A DNA stretch of 64,000 nt from positions 32,001-96,000 of the IMG/VR virus record IMGVR_UViG_3300027804_002812, one strand, 5' to 3'. How positions within the stretch are numbered: the stretch's first letter is position 1; every line of letters begins with the position of its first letter. This document shows, one piece after another, positions 30,301 to 40,517 of this stretch. A model generated the notes under the pieces. The model worked only from the letters and a program-made list of their open reading frames with translations. It made no database searches and had not been told where the DNA came from. The DNA is from a virus. Lineage: Duplodnaviria > Caudoviricetes. A program made the translations under genes and the position numbers.

Positions 30301-33300
30301 CAAAAAATTGTTTTGTATTAGTGTTTCTCTTTCAAGATATTGATTTAGTTGATTTTGAAATTGTATTGCATTCAGATTTGGATTATTTAATTTCTGAGTA
30401 GCGTACATTTTAATAATCGGGGCTAACAATGTAACATTATCACTAGTGAATGCTATATTGTTATCGATAAAAAAATCTGTAATATATGACCCTATTGAAC
30501 TATATCTAACGTTGGGGATTGTTGAGAACCCTACTTCTGTTTCCAAAGTTGTCCAAGCTTGTCTATTATTAATTTGAGATTGACTTAATGTTAAATTACC
30601 ACCAGCACTCGGAAGAGAATTAGGTACGTAAGGTTCAAAAGTAATGGGGTCTACAACTTCCTGAGTATTATTATGTGATAAGTAAGAATCAAAAATTCTC
30701 CTTTCATAGTTGGAAGGATTACCATATTTGAATATGACATCATATTCCATAAATGATTTTATACCATTTTGAAATACTGAATATTGATCGTTAATCACAT
30801 TGTTGAAATATAATTCGTCAGTTTCTGTTTGTGTTTTAGCAGGAACTACCATTAAACTTCTGAATAATGATTGGAAGTTTTTGAAAGTCGAATTTGGGTC
30901 AACAGGAGATTGTCCAAACGTGACAATATTTCTCCCTGTTGAAGCATTACCAATTGGTTTACAAAAGTTCAAAAACTCAGTTTCAAACGAATCTAAAATT
31001 TTCTTTTCGAACACAGAAAACACTTCTTCTATTTTTGTATAGTTGTCTTGTGTTAGAAAATACAATGGTGTTTGGCTATTTCCAGTCGTGATTGAAGTTA
31101 AATAAGAATCTGGTTCAGGGAATGCCAACTGATTGCTATCGAAATATCCAAAATTAGGTGCCGACCATAAACATCTTACCGACCCATTGTACATGTTCGG
31201 ATTGTTAGTTAAATCCACAACAGTTGCTGGAGATGTTGTTTGCGCACTCAAACAAGAATCAACTGTTTGATTGAATGATGTTCCAAACGACGGAATTACG
31301 AAATAATCATCACCTACAGTATTATCTTTAGGGTTACAATCAACTGGAGGTCTGATAGTTATGTTTGGTAATAAAATTGACCATGTAGTCAATCTTAAAT
31401 TTTTATCCCCTTGTTTAGCACTATTAATGTTTGATGAACTGAAATTATATAATTTCATGCCAGAATTAACACTCTGTTGGATTTCCTCACTTGTATAATT
31501 TTCGTACAAATCATATCCGTTTAGAAAAACGTTGAAGTCGTTAATAACTTTAGGATAAAATCCGACTTGCATCTGAATTTGAGTGTCCTCTTCGCTTTGA
31601 AGTGTTATTTTTGTATCTACGTTTGAATACTTGAATTCATACGTTTCGGTTACAGCACTTGTAACAGGATAGTAATTACCCGCATAATCAAAGTTTTTCC
31701 AAGCACTTTCTAATATATCAACATTCGACTCTTTGTATTTTTTGTACCTGTGCCAAATCGAACCATATTTTAGAATCCAAGCATATGGTAACTTGTGGAT
31801 TGCACCAAATTTTTTGAATGTTGATGATATATAATCCAAGTCGGTTGTAATATTGTTAGAAACAGATTTGTATTTTTCTCTCAATGTTGCCAAAGGTAAT
31901 GAATTCAAGAACATATATGCCGCTTGAACATATGGATAGGTGTTCCCTGACAACCTAGAATTATAAACTCCGTTTTGCACAGCATTTATAAAGTAAGGGG
32001 TATTCAACATTGAAGTGGTGCTTCTTGGACTAAACGCTCTTGTAGGAGTGGTACCGTTAATATATCCTTCAGTCGCAACAAAATCCTGAGGAGTTCTATT
32101 CAAGTAGAACGCATTGAGTCCGAGTGGTCCATATGTTGTATATGTAGAAAGTCCAGTCGTATCAATAGTGTTAGTTGGATTTTGGTTTAATATATATGAA
32201 AAATTTGTTACAGGTCTATTCGTTGTGTAGTTATACACGTCAGTAAAGTTTGCAATAATTCTTCTTTGCTCGAAAATAGTTAAAGACTTATTTGTATTAT
32301 AAACTTGATTGGACAAGGCACTATTTCCTTGATTCAAATTGTTAAGACACCAAGTTTGGTCTGTGTAGGGTAAAGTATCAACAATTAAAGGGTCATTTGG
32401 GGCATTAACTACTAAAGACCTTAATGCCTCTGATTTTGTTGCGGTTTGAGGTATTTTACCTAAATCCAAAGTACTAAGAATTGAAAAGGAATTTTCAGTT
32501 ATTCTCTTAATATAAGGAGTAACAAAAAAATCTCTAATAAAATCTTGATAAGCTCTACCTGTTCCCGAGTTTGATATTGTTCTCAAAAATTCAGGATAGT
32601 CTTGAGCATTCAGATTAAAGTTTTTAAGTTTTAATGTTAAGTAGGGAGAACTTATTCCAAGTTTCGAAATAATATTGTTTGCTTCCGCCTCAATGTTTAG
32701 CGTAATTAATTCATTAATCTGATTTGTGTTACCTCTTATGAATCCAGAATAATGAGAAGTTAAAAATTGTCTTTCCCATATTTCATAAAAAAACTTTATT
32801 TCTTCTTTGTTTGAATACGCTAATCCCACCGACGGGAATTCAATCGCATTAATGTTAATAATATTAGTATCCCGTTCATTATCTAACGGTGGTGGAGCAT
32901 TAGGATTTTGAAACTTTTGAGTTAATCCTTTCATATATTCCTCAACAAATTCAACTTCAGGCCATTTGTCGAAAAGATATCCCTGAGTCAAATCAACAAC
33001 AGATGGGTCCGCTATGTATTTTAATTGAAATTTGTTTTTTTCATCTTGGGTTTCAACAAAAAATTGTGGCCATGGATATACAGGTATCTCAGCTAATTTT
33101 AGTCCAGTTTCTTCTTCAAATGCGTTTGCAGCTAATTTCAAATCATCTTGAGAGTCCGAACTTGGTGCTGAGGCTAAGTCATTATAAATTGCTTGTTTTC
33201 TTACTGGGTCGTATTTCACATCCCATGCATTTGTATGAACATCATCCAAAAGACGAATAAAACCCTCTGCGGATGCCATAATAACCGCTAACATATTTCT

Positions 33301-35025
33301 TACTGTAGGCTTAAAACCGATTCCAGTCGCGGTATCCTCAACTTTTCTTAAGAGGGCGGTAGAAATTTGGCTTTCGTAATCAGATAGTTTTTTGTTAGCT
33401 TGAGTTTCGAGTAATGTGATTTGTTTATCAAATCTTCCTTCATCTTCAAATACAAACCATTTTTCTTTAACTAAAGTACCCTTAGCTAAGAGTTCTAATG
33501 CTTCAATAACTCCAGATGGGGTTTTAGGTAATTCTATAGAAGTTGGGACAAAAAACTTTGTCAAATTAATTTTCGTCTGTGTTTCATCTATAGTACTAGG
33601 ATTTGCAATTCCAGTCTGAATTCTAGTTGTTTCTCTCCAATTTATTTCTGAAAACACCGGAGCCGTTGTTTCAATCATATCATACTTTATAGGGTTTGGT
33701 ATCGGAGCGGCACCTTTAGAACCTAAAGTCGGATTATTTGCTAAAGCATCATTAAATTTTACAATATCCCCTTGTAGTTGAGTTATCGCAGTTTCTTTAG
33801 CTTCTTTTGACAAGTCTTTGAATACGTATAATTTTTGACCTGTTTTAAGAACTATTGGCTTAGTATTCAAATTAATGTTAAACCAAGATGTATTTGACCC
33901 TCTTACTGCAGTAAAATATTGTGTGAGAACAGATTTATAATTTCTTATATTCGTTAATGATTCAACTTCAGTTTTGTCAAATGAATCTGCAATTAGTTGT
34001 TCAAAACTCTCCAACTTATTCATAAGTTGTACTAATGTCAATTCAGGAAAGTCGGGAGCAATTAACCCTTTAGCTTTGTATTCACTATAAACTTCTATTA
34101 TTTTTTGATACCCTTTTTCCGCAACAAGTTGAGTAACCACCGCTTCATTAGAATCTAAATTATTGGCTCCCCTTTCGGCTTGAGTACTTGCTTGAGACTC
34201 CGCTGCCTTATTGGGTTGTTGTGGCCCATCTACTGTTTGAGTAACATCAAACCTTTGGCTGTACATGTGTGGAGCCGCCAATAGGTGACCCATAGAAACT
34301 TCATTCAAGATATTAAATTTATATCCGACGAAATTTAATCTAACCTGATAATTTCCGCTAAATCCATTAAACGAAGCATGGAAATTTTTTAAGTTAAGTT
34401 GATATCTAATTGCTTGTCCATAATACCCTTTTAATGTAAGATAGAATTGTGGGTATGGCAAATTAAAAAATGCGGAGTAAGGGGAATTGTTTCCTAATTG
34501 AAATAGCCCTTTCCCTTGAACATCTTCCAACAACATTTCTACAGTAGGAATGAAACTTGATGACGTTTTTATATTAATTGATGTAATTCCTAACAATCCA
34601 TTATCAATTATGTCTTTTTGATTTACAACCGTGTCAAGTATATAAGGGTTACTATTATCTGTCGCAGGCTGTGCTATTGCGGCTTTTTGATTTTCCCCTT
34701 TGAATTGTGTTGTATTTTCTCCAGTTAACTCATCATAATAACCTGTTCCAAGATACGAATTTTTACTAGGTTTCAAAAAATTCATTTTCGCCACAGAGAT
34801 AGTTCCGATTCTATCATTAGGACTCCCACCAACCGATAATTTTGTTCTCGGTAGAACATCAGCTTCAAGATTGGCGTACATGACAAGATTTTCATGGTCA
34901 ACAAGTCTTTCTCTAATATTTCCAAAATTATCTGTAGTTTTGTTAGGGTCGACTACAATAATATTGTTTTCGTCCAACTCAACTAAAATATTTCCACTTG
35001 TGTCCGCTTGTGTGTTACCTACCAT
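27316..35025 (-). CDS. Giant baseplate hub protein (gp27/gpD/VgrG-like) with C-terminal lysozyme-like and IPT/TIG domains
   Basis: LGNALIQPTMYFNLRHVPMFDGPYLITDVTHTI..FQTTFDG.R is a hub-type C-terminal motif; PPPVLSTFSPSAGFTGTIVQVNGRNF is IPT/TIG-like; follows the gp53-like gene. Confidence 0.65.
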   Translation of the reverse strand: MVGNTQADTSGNILVELDENNIIVVDPNKTTDNFGNIRERLVDHENLVMYANLEADVLPRTKLSVGGSPNDRIGTISVAKMNFLKPSKNSYLGTGYYDELTGENTTQFKGENQKAAIAQPATDNSNPYILDTVVNQKDIIDNGLLGITSINIKTSSSFIPTVEMLLEDVQGKGLFQLGNNSPYSAFFNLPYPQFYLTLKGYYGQAIRYQLNLKNFHASFNGFSGNYQVRLNFVGYKFNILNEVSMGHLLAAPHMYSQRFDVTQTVDGPQQPNKAAESQASTQAERGANNLDSNEAVVTQLVAEKGYQKIIEVYSEYKAKGLIAPDFPELTLVQLMNKLESFEQLIADSFDKTEVESLTNIRNYKSVLTQYFTAVRGSNTSWFNINLNTKPIVLKTGQKLYVFKDLSKEAKETAITQLQGDIVKFNDALANNPTLGSKGAAPIPNPIKYDMIETTAPVFSEINWRETTRIQTGIANPSTIDETQTKINLTKFFVPTSIELPKTPSGVIEALELLAKGTLVKEKWFVFEDEGRFDKQITLLETQANKKLSDYESQISTALLRKVEDTATGIGFKPTVRNMLAVIMASAEGFIRLLDDVHTNAWDVKYDPVRKQAIYNDLASAPSSDSQDDLKLAANAFEEETGLKLAEIPVYPWPQFFVETQDEKNKFQLKYIADPSVVDLTQGYLFDKWPEVEFVEEYMKGLTQKFQNPNAPPPLDNERDTNIININAIEFPSVGLAYSNKEEIKFFYEIWERQFLTSHYSGFIRGNTNQINELITLNIEAEANNIISKLGISSPYLTLKLKNFNLNAQDYPEFLRTISNSGTGRAYQDFIRDFFVTPYIKRITENSFSILSTLDLGKIPQTATKSEALRSLVVNAPNDPLIVDTLPYTDQTWCLNNLNQGNSALSNQVYNTNKSLTIFEQRRIIANFTDVYNYTTNRPVTNFSYILNQNPTNTIDTTGLSTYTTYGPLGLNAFYLNRTPQDFVATEGYINGTTPTRAFSPRSTTSMLNTPYFINAVQNGVYNSRLSGNTYPYVQAAYMFLNSLPLATLREKYKSVSNNITTDLDYISSTFKKFGAIHKLPYAWILKYGSIWHRYKKYKESNVDILESAWKNFDYAGNYYPVTSAVTETYEFKYSNVDTKITLQSEEDTQIQMQVGFYPKVINDFNVFLNGYDLYENYTSEEIQQSVNSGMKLYNFSSSNINSAKQGDKNLRLTTWSILLPNITIRPPVDCNPKDNTVGDDYFVIPSFGTSFNQTVDSCLSAQTTSPATVVDLTNNPNMYNGSVRCLWSAPNFGYFDSNQLAFPEPDSYLTSITTGNSQTPLYFLTQDNYTKIEEVFSVFEKKILDSFETEFLNFCKPIGNASTGRNIVTFGQSPVDPNSTFKNFQSLFRSLMVVPAKTQTETDELYFNNVINDQYSVFQNGIKSFMEYDVIFKYGNPSNYERRIFDSYLSHNNTQEVVDPITFEPYVPNSLPSAGGNLTLSQSQINNRQAWTTLETEVGFSTIPNVRYSSIGSYITDFFIDNNIAFTSDNVTLLAPIIKMYATQKLNNPNLNAIQFQNQLNQYLERETLIQNNFLNGVLSRLRKDLPDQVQLPERVINSVITGDQSKVENYEVFKALNDKWIAGGDWKTKTLFEDMLFLDRASRNIGESILLDIFDLKYMFGVGGKTPGEFSLNQAMSVFTFISGILIKNNFVVMPLPAYVNFYNIQDVDVTATPKLDRPEQFANNLWGTFLDVDYRNSGPKMVCFYAGKPSQYLKLPKGDSKYRDDAFEMRRSSGNPLLEDQQGKKDWALSNKCVGFNVDVGIRNQNIFYALSVSQDNGVATSESINVQLDMANQASGRQIATQNNSLYNLYKNRSYKCSITSLGNALIQPTMYFNLRHVPMFDGPYLITDVTHTIQQGSFQTTFDGTRQGYFDLPTIDSFLQSINQNLITKLEEILKINKDQLKISATTDNVKSSQVVQQADNTKDTTNSCSSKITAPVYTNGGYEVVNATLTEMTPQDFANALRRLIPNNVDLQVAIYTISYIRTYQEASNTGAGMFNGWNNNFATLSLSQDWFGQVSLLQKTYSCINIRTNPENTSSEPIAHFESLDKYIQFMAGRLRENVDTGRIARLGLSKYYVCHWPVDNISEEYYDENEDEFLQTKQTFDKALTSAAESGLKTKNEILKDIENNENNGNQEQTPTVTPTIGQTCPPPVLSTFSPSAGFTGTIVQVNGRNFESLKSIRVIDKDVELKDITVFNSETLRFILPEIQIPEGQNVATGRITVITEFGTFESLVDFTFNSALENTTTSSPGGYANTNTQQQLTTSQQNIVGININPQNTGELPFIYEIFRDELGNTLELDVRINPQVQGWKISETNVYSYTIYKLIVGPNNVLKEEVIKEQNNQKLENFVSQDQQEFSINKQQMSTLLNLDEFKSENIKAVVNITLTAIPDDRTKNPKNEPLNYEFVVNVPQQSPSGIGKIILVSDTNSGELPNYMGNSYYNVVKPNGGYYTFQFTPTTNLTVTQTKIVRFPELNLLNTTVTNGPDTKYTNILEIKALGEFQMILTYTDVNSPGSTFTVTSQKFTL

Positions 35026-35338
35026 AATAATAAAAATGATTTTCTAATGCCGCCTTATAGTCCTGTAAAGATGGTAATAACGGAAATGGGATAATCAATA
35101 CAGCCCCATCATAAATATTATTTTCAAGACCTCCAAATTGCGGATTCGCCTGAAGGATTAACCAGCTAAATACAGGTGAGTTATAAAATTCTTGTGAAAC
35201 TTTATCTAGTCTACTTTTAGCAACTTTATAGATAAATGCCTTATCTGTTGGTTTTTGAGGCAGGTATACAAAGGGTACAACTGTTTGTTCCCCATTAATA
35301 AGAAAATCACTATATCTATTCCAATATTGATATGCCAT
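35015..35338 (-). CDS. Baseplate LysM-like protein (T4 gp53 / P2 gpX-like)
   Basis: RLDKVSQEFYNSPVFSWLILQANP...GAVLIIP; located between tube initiator and hub. Confidence 0.8.
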   Translation of the reverse strand: MAYQYWNRYSDFLINGEQTVVPFVYLPQKPTDKAFIYKVAKSRLDKVSQEFYNSPVFSWLILQANPQFGGLENNIYDGAVLIIPFPLLPSLQDYKAALENHFYYYGR

Positions 35339-38300
35339 TAGTTAAGTTTTGCTTTAGATATATATGCGCCAGATCCGTTTCCATTTGTATCATTCCAAGT
35401 TAATATATTAGTATTTTGATTTGTTGTATTTGCCAAACCTTTTATCATATTTTCTTGAGATTTTTTTTGTCCACTATCCGCAGAATTCTCTGTTGTAAAG
35501 GTCAAATTTCTTTGTTTGTTAGAGTCGAATGGTGTATAAATTAAATAATCTTTCAAGTCATTTTTTTCTAAATTTTCTATAAATGATTTTGTAATATTAT
35601 TTTCTTCTAAGAAAATAGGTCTAGCAGTTGCAATCCAATACGTATCAAATATTTTTTCAATGTCAACTGATCCATCACCAAGTAATGCTTGGTTACCGAG
35701 AATATTTCCTATAAGTTCTTGTTTGAATGTTTCATATTTTTTTCCATCGATTACATCATCAGAAATAATCATATATACTCTTCTAAAAGGATAGTTTTCA
35801 ACATTATCCCCAAATAAAGGATTAGTACTAAATGGTAAGAAAACTTTTTCAACTGTAACTACATTTGATTTTCCATTTGCGGTTTCGAACACTAATATTC
35901 CTTCATATGTAGTACTAGTCGCAGGATACACGAATTTTTTTCTATCTTGAATTATTACATTAAATGCCGCAATATCTTGTTGTATTTTGGTTGTATCTTG
36001 AACTAACTCCAAATATGTATCTGTTACAGCACTTGTCGAAGTTGGGTGTACGTCTGTCGTTCCTGACGTTACATATATTCGGACAGGTCCATTTTTAGCC
36101 TGTAGTCCATCAGTACCTGTGTTAGAATCTGTTGGGTCAAACAATATTGTATTTAGTCTACCAAGAGTTTGTAGATATGTCTGTTCTTCATTCACTAAAC
36201 TCTGTGTTATTGTTGAAATTCCATTCTGAAATGAACTTCTTTTCTTTGATACAAAATTTCGATAATTTTCTTTCAGAGCTCTAATTAACTTAGGTGATAA
36301 ATTTTTTGATGGTTCAGAAATAAATTTAATAAATCCTTCTGTACCATCTTTTATATTTTCATCAAGTTGTACAAATATTTCATCAAATCTTTTCTCCACA
36401 TTATTAGGTTTTCCAAACAATACTACTGTGTCAGCGGATACATTGAAATTACCTTGAGTGTAATTTCTTTCTATCATCCATTGTTGTCTTACCGCATTAT
36501 TATATTGATTGACAGTTTCCTTGGTCTTATTGACAACATTTGTAAAATACGTCTGAGTGTCACTAACAACCTTACCCATAAATTCACTATAACTTATTAC
36601 ACCCGTTGTGATTCCACTCACATCTATTAAAGAACTGATTATCGTACCAATAGTATTATTATTATCTTGACCATTGTTTGGTGCGGCACTGTTGACACCA
36701 GGAATTGGTGGAGGAACTTGACCCGCCAAAAATATTTGGTCTAATATTTTTGAAGACTCAATATCCGTGGCATCCGCCCTATCATCATAAATTTCTGTGT
36801 TAGCATAGTAATTGAAGGTTAATGCATTCTGTAACTTGTCAACCGACTCTTTCAATCCACTACCTCCAACAAAGTTAAATGATAATGTAACGTTTGCAAT
36901 CATTGGTTGAACACCAATTCCTTCAGGATTGATATCTAACCCTTCATAATTGATTGCTAGCGATGTAGGAATAATCTTTGTATTATAAAAATCACCTACT
37001 CGCAACACTAACACAGGAGGTACACCAAATGAGGTGTTGGTAGCATTATCATACTGTAATTCTTTATTGCCACTCGGAGTAGATTGTTTAACTGTTGGTA
37101 TTGTATCACCAGGTCTCATACACTGTTGTAGAAAAGTTAACCTTGAGTTTAACCCTTCAGGTGTCATAGAATGAAACGATGGTTGAAAAAACTTTAACTT
37201 ATCCTTCAGATTATCATATACCATTGGAGTTTCAGCTTTTATAGTTTCAAAGTAGTCACACTCGGATAATAAGGCTCTCACCACTTTTTTGGTTATATTA
37301 TCTCTTGGTTCCCATCTTGTTTCAATAACTGGTTCAGGTACAGTCTGAGTGACAACATTTCCAATTAAAATTGGGATTGTACCAGAACTTGTTGTAGGAT
37401 TTGTCTGTCCTCCTGGTGTCCCTTGACCATTAGGTTCTGTCTGTGGTGCCTTCAAATTCGGAACTATCTTGGAAATGTACGACCTTCTACAAGCCATTGC
37501 TCCAACTGTAAAAACTTCTAAAGCCCCAACTTTTATGTCTCCTCCAACAGCATTTGGATTAGTGTCACTACAACCAAAAGTTTTTCCGTTTGGTTGTAGT
37601 GAATCAATATATGGCCCTTTAGTTAAATTACTTTTCTTTGGATTTGATATTGCAGCTTCTCCGAGTCCACCGGCTCGTTCTTCTGGTGTACCAGGATCTT
37701 CTTTTACCATCAACCGACTTTGAGACATGAATGTTTTAGTTGCGTTGTTTTCTTGAAAGAATCTAACTGTCGCTTCTATTCTACGTTGTGATAATTCAAG
37801 ATTATATGATTCAGTTTGAGGTGCAGAACAACTCGAACTTACATATACTGTTACAGTACCTTCATTAGTTTCCAATTGTTTTCCTAAATCAATTGCAAAC
37901 TCATTCATTGCCTCGTAGTTTGGAGTAACAGTTGTATCAAAAAAAGTCTTAGTTTCTTGTGCATTAGGTCTTTTGGAATAATTTTCATTAACATCCGTAG
38001 TGTATCTTGCATATTCGGTAGTATAATTTATACTTGTTTTTGGTAACGGATAATCATTTCCAAAATAAAATCCTATTTGTATATATTTGTCAAAGTTCAA
38101 GTTTGTGTTTCCTCCTCCACCTTCTTGGGCGAGTGGCTGATCTCCTCCATTAGGTGAAAAAGCTCCTGATTCTATGGTTCCACGAGTATATACAATTTGT
38201 TCTCGGGTCATTTCCTTTGAAGAAATTGCCTGTTGTAATTCGAACAAATCATTTGGATTTACTGTTACATATTTTTTTGCTAACTCATAGATATCATATT

Positions 38301-40467
38301 TTCTACATCCAGCAAAAAATGATTCTAAAATACTGTCAACACGAGTCTTGTTTGTTTCGTTACCCAAAACTTTATTCACAATGACATTAAGAACTGATGG
38401 ATGGTCTACTACAATTTTCCATTGTAGTGATCCCGTTCTTGATGTATTTTTATAAGTGTATATTGGTTCAGGTCGTCCCAAAAAGTCAGATTGATTCCAA
38501 TTCGATGATATGTTTTCACTGAATGTTAATCCATATGGTGGAAACCACATAACTCTACCACCATTAGGACCTCTCTCACAAACAGGTAAATCAGACGTTG
38601 AAAATCCTGGAGTGCTAGATGTTCTCCATGCCAAATTTTCTAAAGAAAACATATATTTTTTGGCAACCGCATTGTTTATTGTACCAACAATATTCGTTGA
38701 ATCCTGTCCACCTTCTTGTTTGTTTGGTACAATATTAAGGTTATAAGTTTTATCTAATACTGAATACGCAAATCTTCTTCCTTCAGTTGTAATACCATCT
38801 GTTTTCTGTAAATCATTATATTGTAAGTATGGTAAATCTTTGGCAAATACACGACAATATTCAGTACCTACCTCTTGCCCGATTGCTCCAACGTATCTAT
38901 AAACTCTTGAACCCTTCGTAAGTTCTTTATATCCATCATTGAATACTTTACTTACTTGGTCTATTGCATTTCCAACGTGTTGAAGACGTTTACCTCCTTG
39001 AGGCTGACTATCAATTATTCTTTGTGTTTTGTCAAGAATAGACCCATCTCTGAAATCGTTATTAACTGACTCTGTATTAACGTAAGACGATGGTCTAAAG
39101 TCCTCATCTTGTTCAGTAACCTCACCACCAATACCAACTTTTTTACCAGCATTACCTCTGTACTTAGGTGAAACCCAAGTAAATCCACCTTCAATACCTC
39201 CACCATTACTATATGTCGGCCCATTCGCACCAAGTCTTACAGATTGACTTGGTCCTTCATATAACTGAGCTAACTCTGAAGGACCATAGACAGGTGACTG
39301 TTGTTCAACACCGAATTGGTTAACAGGAACATCTCCAACAGGAGAAAATACTTGAGATGGATTGGAAGTTATACTTCCAACATAAAAGTTACTATTATCA
39401 GATACTGTACCTAAAAGAGTACCACCTACCCTTTGGAAAAAGTTTCTTGGGAAATTAGGTTTGTATCTGTTAAAATCTATGTTTTTGAACAACCGAGACC
39501 TTTGTCCCGCACCCATGTTATTAAACATGATTTGAGATCCAGTTTCACCACCACCCATTAATCGATTAAAGAACTTACCAACACCACTTTGTCTAAAAGC
39601 ATTGGATAGTTGTTGTATTGTGGTTGGCTGACCTAAAGTTGTATTTGGGTCAAAATATGAACCTGGTATAGGTGATACAGGTAATATACTTCCTCCGAGT
39701 CTTAAAGCAAAGTTCGTTGCTGCAAGTATTGGGTTTGCAGTTACTGTGATAGTATAAACAGGCTCAATGATAGGAACAACACCTGTTAATATATTAACAA
39801 TGTCAGTACCACTAGAAACGTTAAGAATATTTGCCCTACCTAGTGTATCTTGTCGTATTTGAGCTGCAATTCTTTGTTCAAACTCTCTTCTCAAAGTTTG
39901 AGCACCTAAACGAGCAATAAATGAATCTTGACTCAAAAAACCATTACTTCCGCTCGGATCAGGGGACAATAATATTGATACAGGAGTATAATTGGAAGAT
40001 ACAAATGTTGTTGGATATGGTTGGTTGTTATTACCATTGGTAGTAATTGGTCTATTTAATGATCCGAAAAACTCCGCACTATCCAACTGAACCTGATTCC
40101 CATTTGAAAAAACATTAAGAGGTTTCCACTTTTGAGATTCTGGTAACGATTGACCTACGATATTTGCATCTTGGTATCCATATTCACCCTCATTGGATTT
40201 CGTGTTTAATAATGCTCCTGGATCCGGTACCTGTTCATATCCACCCTCATTTCCATATTGATTTAGTGGATATAACTTATTTGCAAAAGAAGGTTCATCA
40301 ATCAATTTATCAGGACTATCTTGAACTGACGAATTCGATTGAACGTATTCCGTATCGATTGGTTGTGTTGGTCTATTTGGGGCTTTTGCATAGGGTGTTA
40401 AATTCCTAGTCAAAAGTTTTTTTCTGAAACCCTCTGAATTTGCTAAATCTAATAACGGACTTGCCAT
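35338..40467 (-). CDS. Tail tube initiator-like protein (gp48/gp54, CIS-tube type) with inserted OmpA-like domain
   Basis: MWFPPYGLTFSE..SNW..DFLGRPEPIYTYKNTSR and VLRVGDFYNTKII....PMIANVTLSF flank VYVSSSCSA..YNLELSQRR...CRRSYI. Directly follows the tape measure gene. Confidence 0.6.
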   Translation of the reverse strand: MASPLLDLANSEGFRKKLLTRNLTPYAKAPNRPTQPIDTEYVQSNSSVQDSPDKLIDEPSFANKLYPLNQYGNEGGYEQVPDPGALLNTKSNEGEYGYQDANIVGQSLPESQKWKPLNVFSNGNQVQLDSAEFFGSLNRPITTNGNNNQPYPTTFVSSNYTPVSILLSPDPSGSNGFLSQDSFIARLGAQTLRREFEQRIAAQIRQDTLGRANILNVSSGTDIVNILTGVVPIIEPVYTITVTANPILAATNFALRLGGSILPVSPIPGSYFDPNTTLGQPTTIQQLSNAFRQSGVGKFFNRLMGGGETGSQIMFNNMGAGQRSRLFKNIDFNRYKPNFPRNFFQRVGGTLLGTVSDNSNFYVGSITSNPSQVFSPVGDVPVNQFGVEQQSPVYGPSELAQLYEGPSQSVRLGANGPTYSNGGGIEGGFTWVSPKYRGNAGKKVGIGGEVTEQDEDFRPSSYVNTESVNNDFRDGSILDKTQRIIDSQPQGGKRLQHVGNAIDQVSKVFNDGYKELTKGSRVYRYVGAIGQEVGTEYCRVFAKDLPYLQYNDLQKTDGITTEGRRFAYSVLDKTYNLNIVPNKQEGGQDSTNIVGTINNAVAKKYMFSLENLAWRTSSTPGFSTSDLPVCERGPNGGRVMWFPPYGLTFSENISSNWNQSDFLGRPEPIYTYKNTSRTGSLQWKIVVDHPSVLNVIVNKVLGNETNKTRVDSILESFFAGCRKYDIYELAKKYVTVNPNDLFELQQAISSKEMTREQIVYTRGTIESGAFSPNGGDQPLAQEGGGGNTNLNFDKYIQIGFYFGNDYPLPKTSINYTTEYARYTTDVNENYSKRPNAQETKTFFDTTVTPNYEAMNEFAIDLGKQLETNEGTVTVYVSSSCSAPQTESYNLELSQRRIEATVRFFQENNATKTFMSQSRLMVKEDPGTPEERAGGLGEAAISNPKKSNLTKGPYIDSLQPNGKTFGCSDTNPNAVGGDIKVGALEVFTVGAMACRRSYISKIVPNLKAPQTEPNGQGTPGGQTNPTTSSGTIPILIGNVVTQTVPEPVIETRWEPRDNITKKVVRALLSECDYFETIKAETPMVYDNLKDKLKFFQPSFHSMTPEGLNSRLTFLQQCMRPGDTIPTVKQSTPSGNKELQYDNATNTSFGVPPVLVLRVGDFYNTKIIPTSLAINYEGLDINPEGIGVQPMIANVTLSFNFVGGSGLKESVDKLQNALTFNYYANTEIYDDRADATDIESSKILDQIFLAGQVPPPIPGVNSAAPNNGQDNNNTIGTIISSLIDVSGITTGVISYSEFMGKVVSDTQTYFTNVVNKTKETVNQYNNAVRQQWMIERNYTQGNFNVSADTVVLFGKPNNVEKRFDEIFVQLDENIKDGTEGFIKFISEPSKNLSPKLIRALKENYRNFVSKKRSSFQNGISTITQSLVNEEQTYLQTLGRLNTILFDPTDSNTGTDGLQAKNGPVRIYVTSGTTDVHPTSTSAVTDTYLELVQDTTKIQQDIAAFNVIIQDRKKFVYPATSTTYEGILVFETANGKSNVVTVEKVFLPFSTNPLFGDNVENYPFRRVYMIISDDVIDGKKYETFKQELIGNILGNQALLGDGSVDIEKIFDTYWIATARPIFLEENNITKSFIENLEKNDLKDYLIYTPFDSNKQRNLTFTTENSADSGQKKSQENMIKGLANTTNQNTNILTWNDTNGNGSGAYISKAKLN

Positions 40468-40517
40468 TTATATTTTTATTAATAAATAGGTTATGATTGT
40501 TTTTTTATTTATAAATT

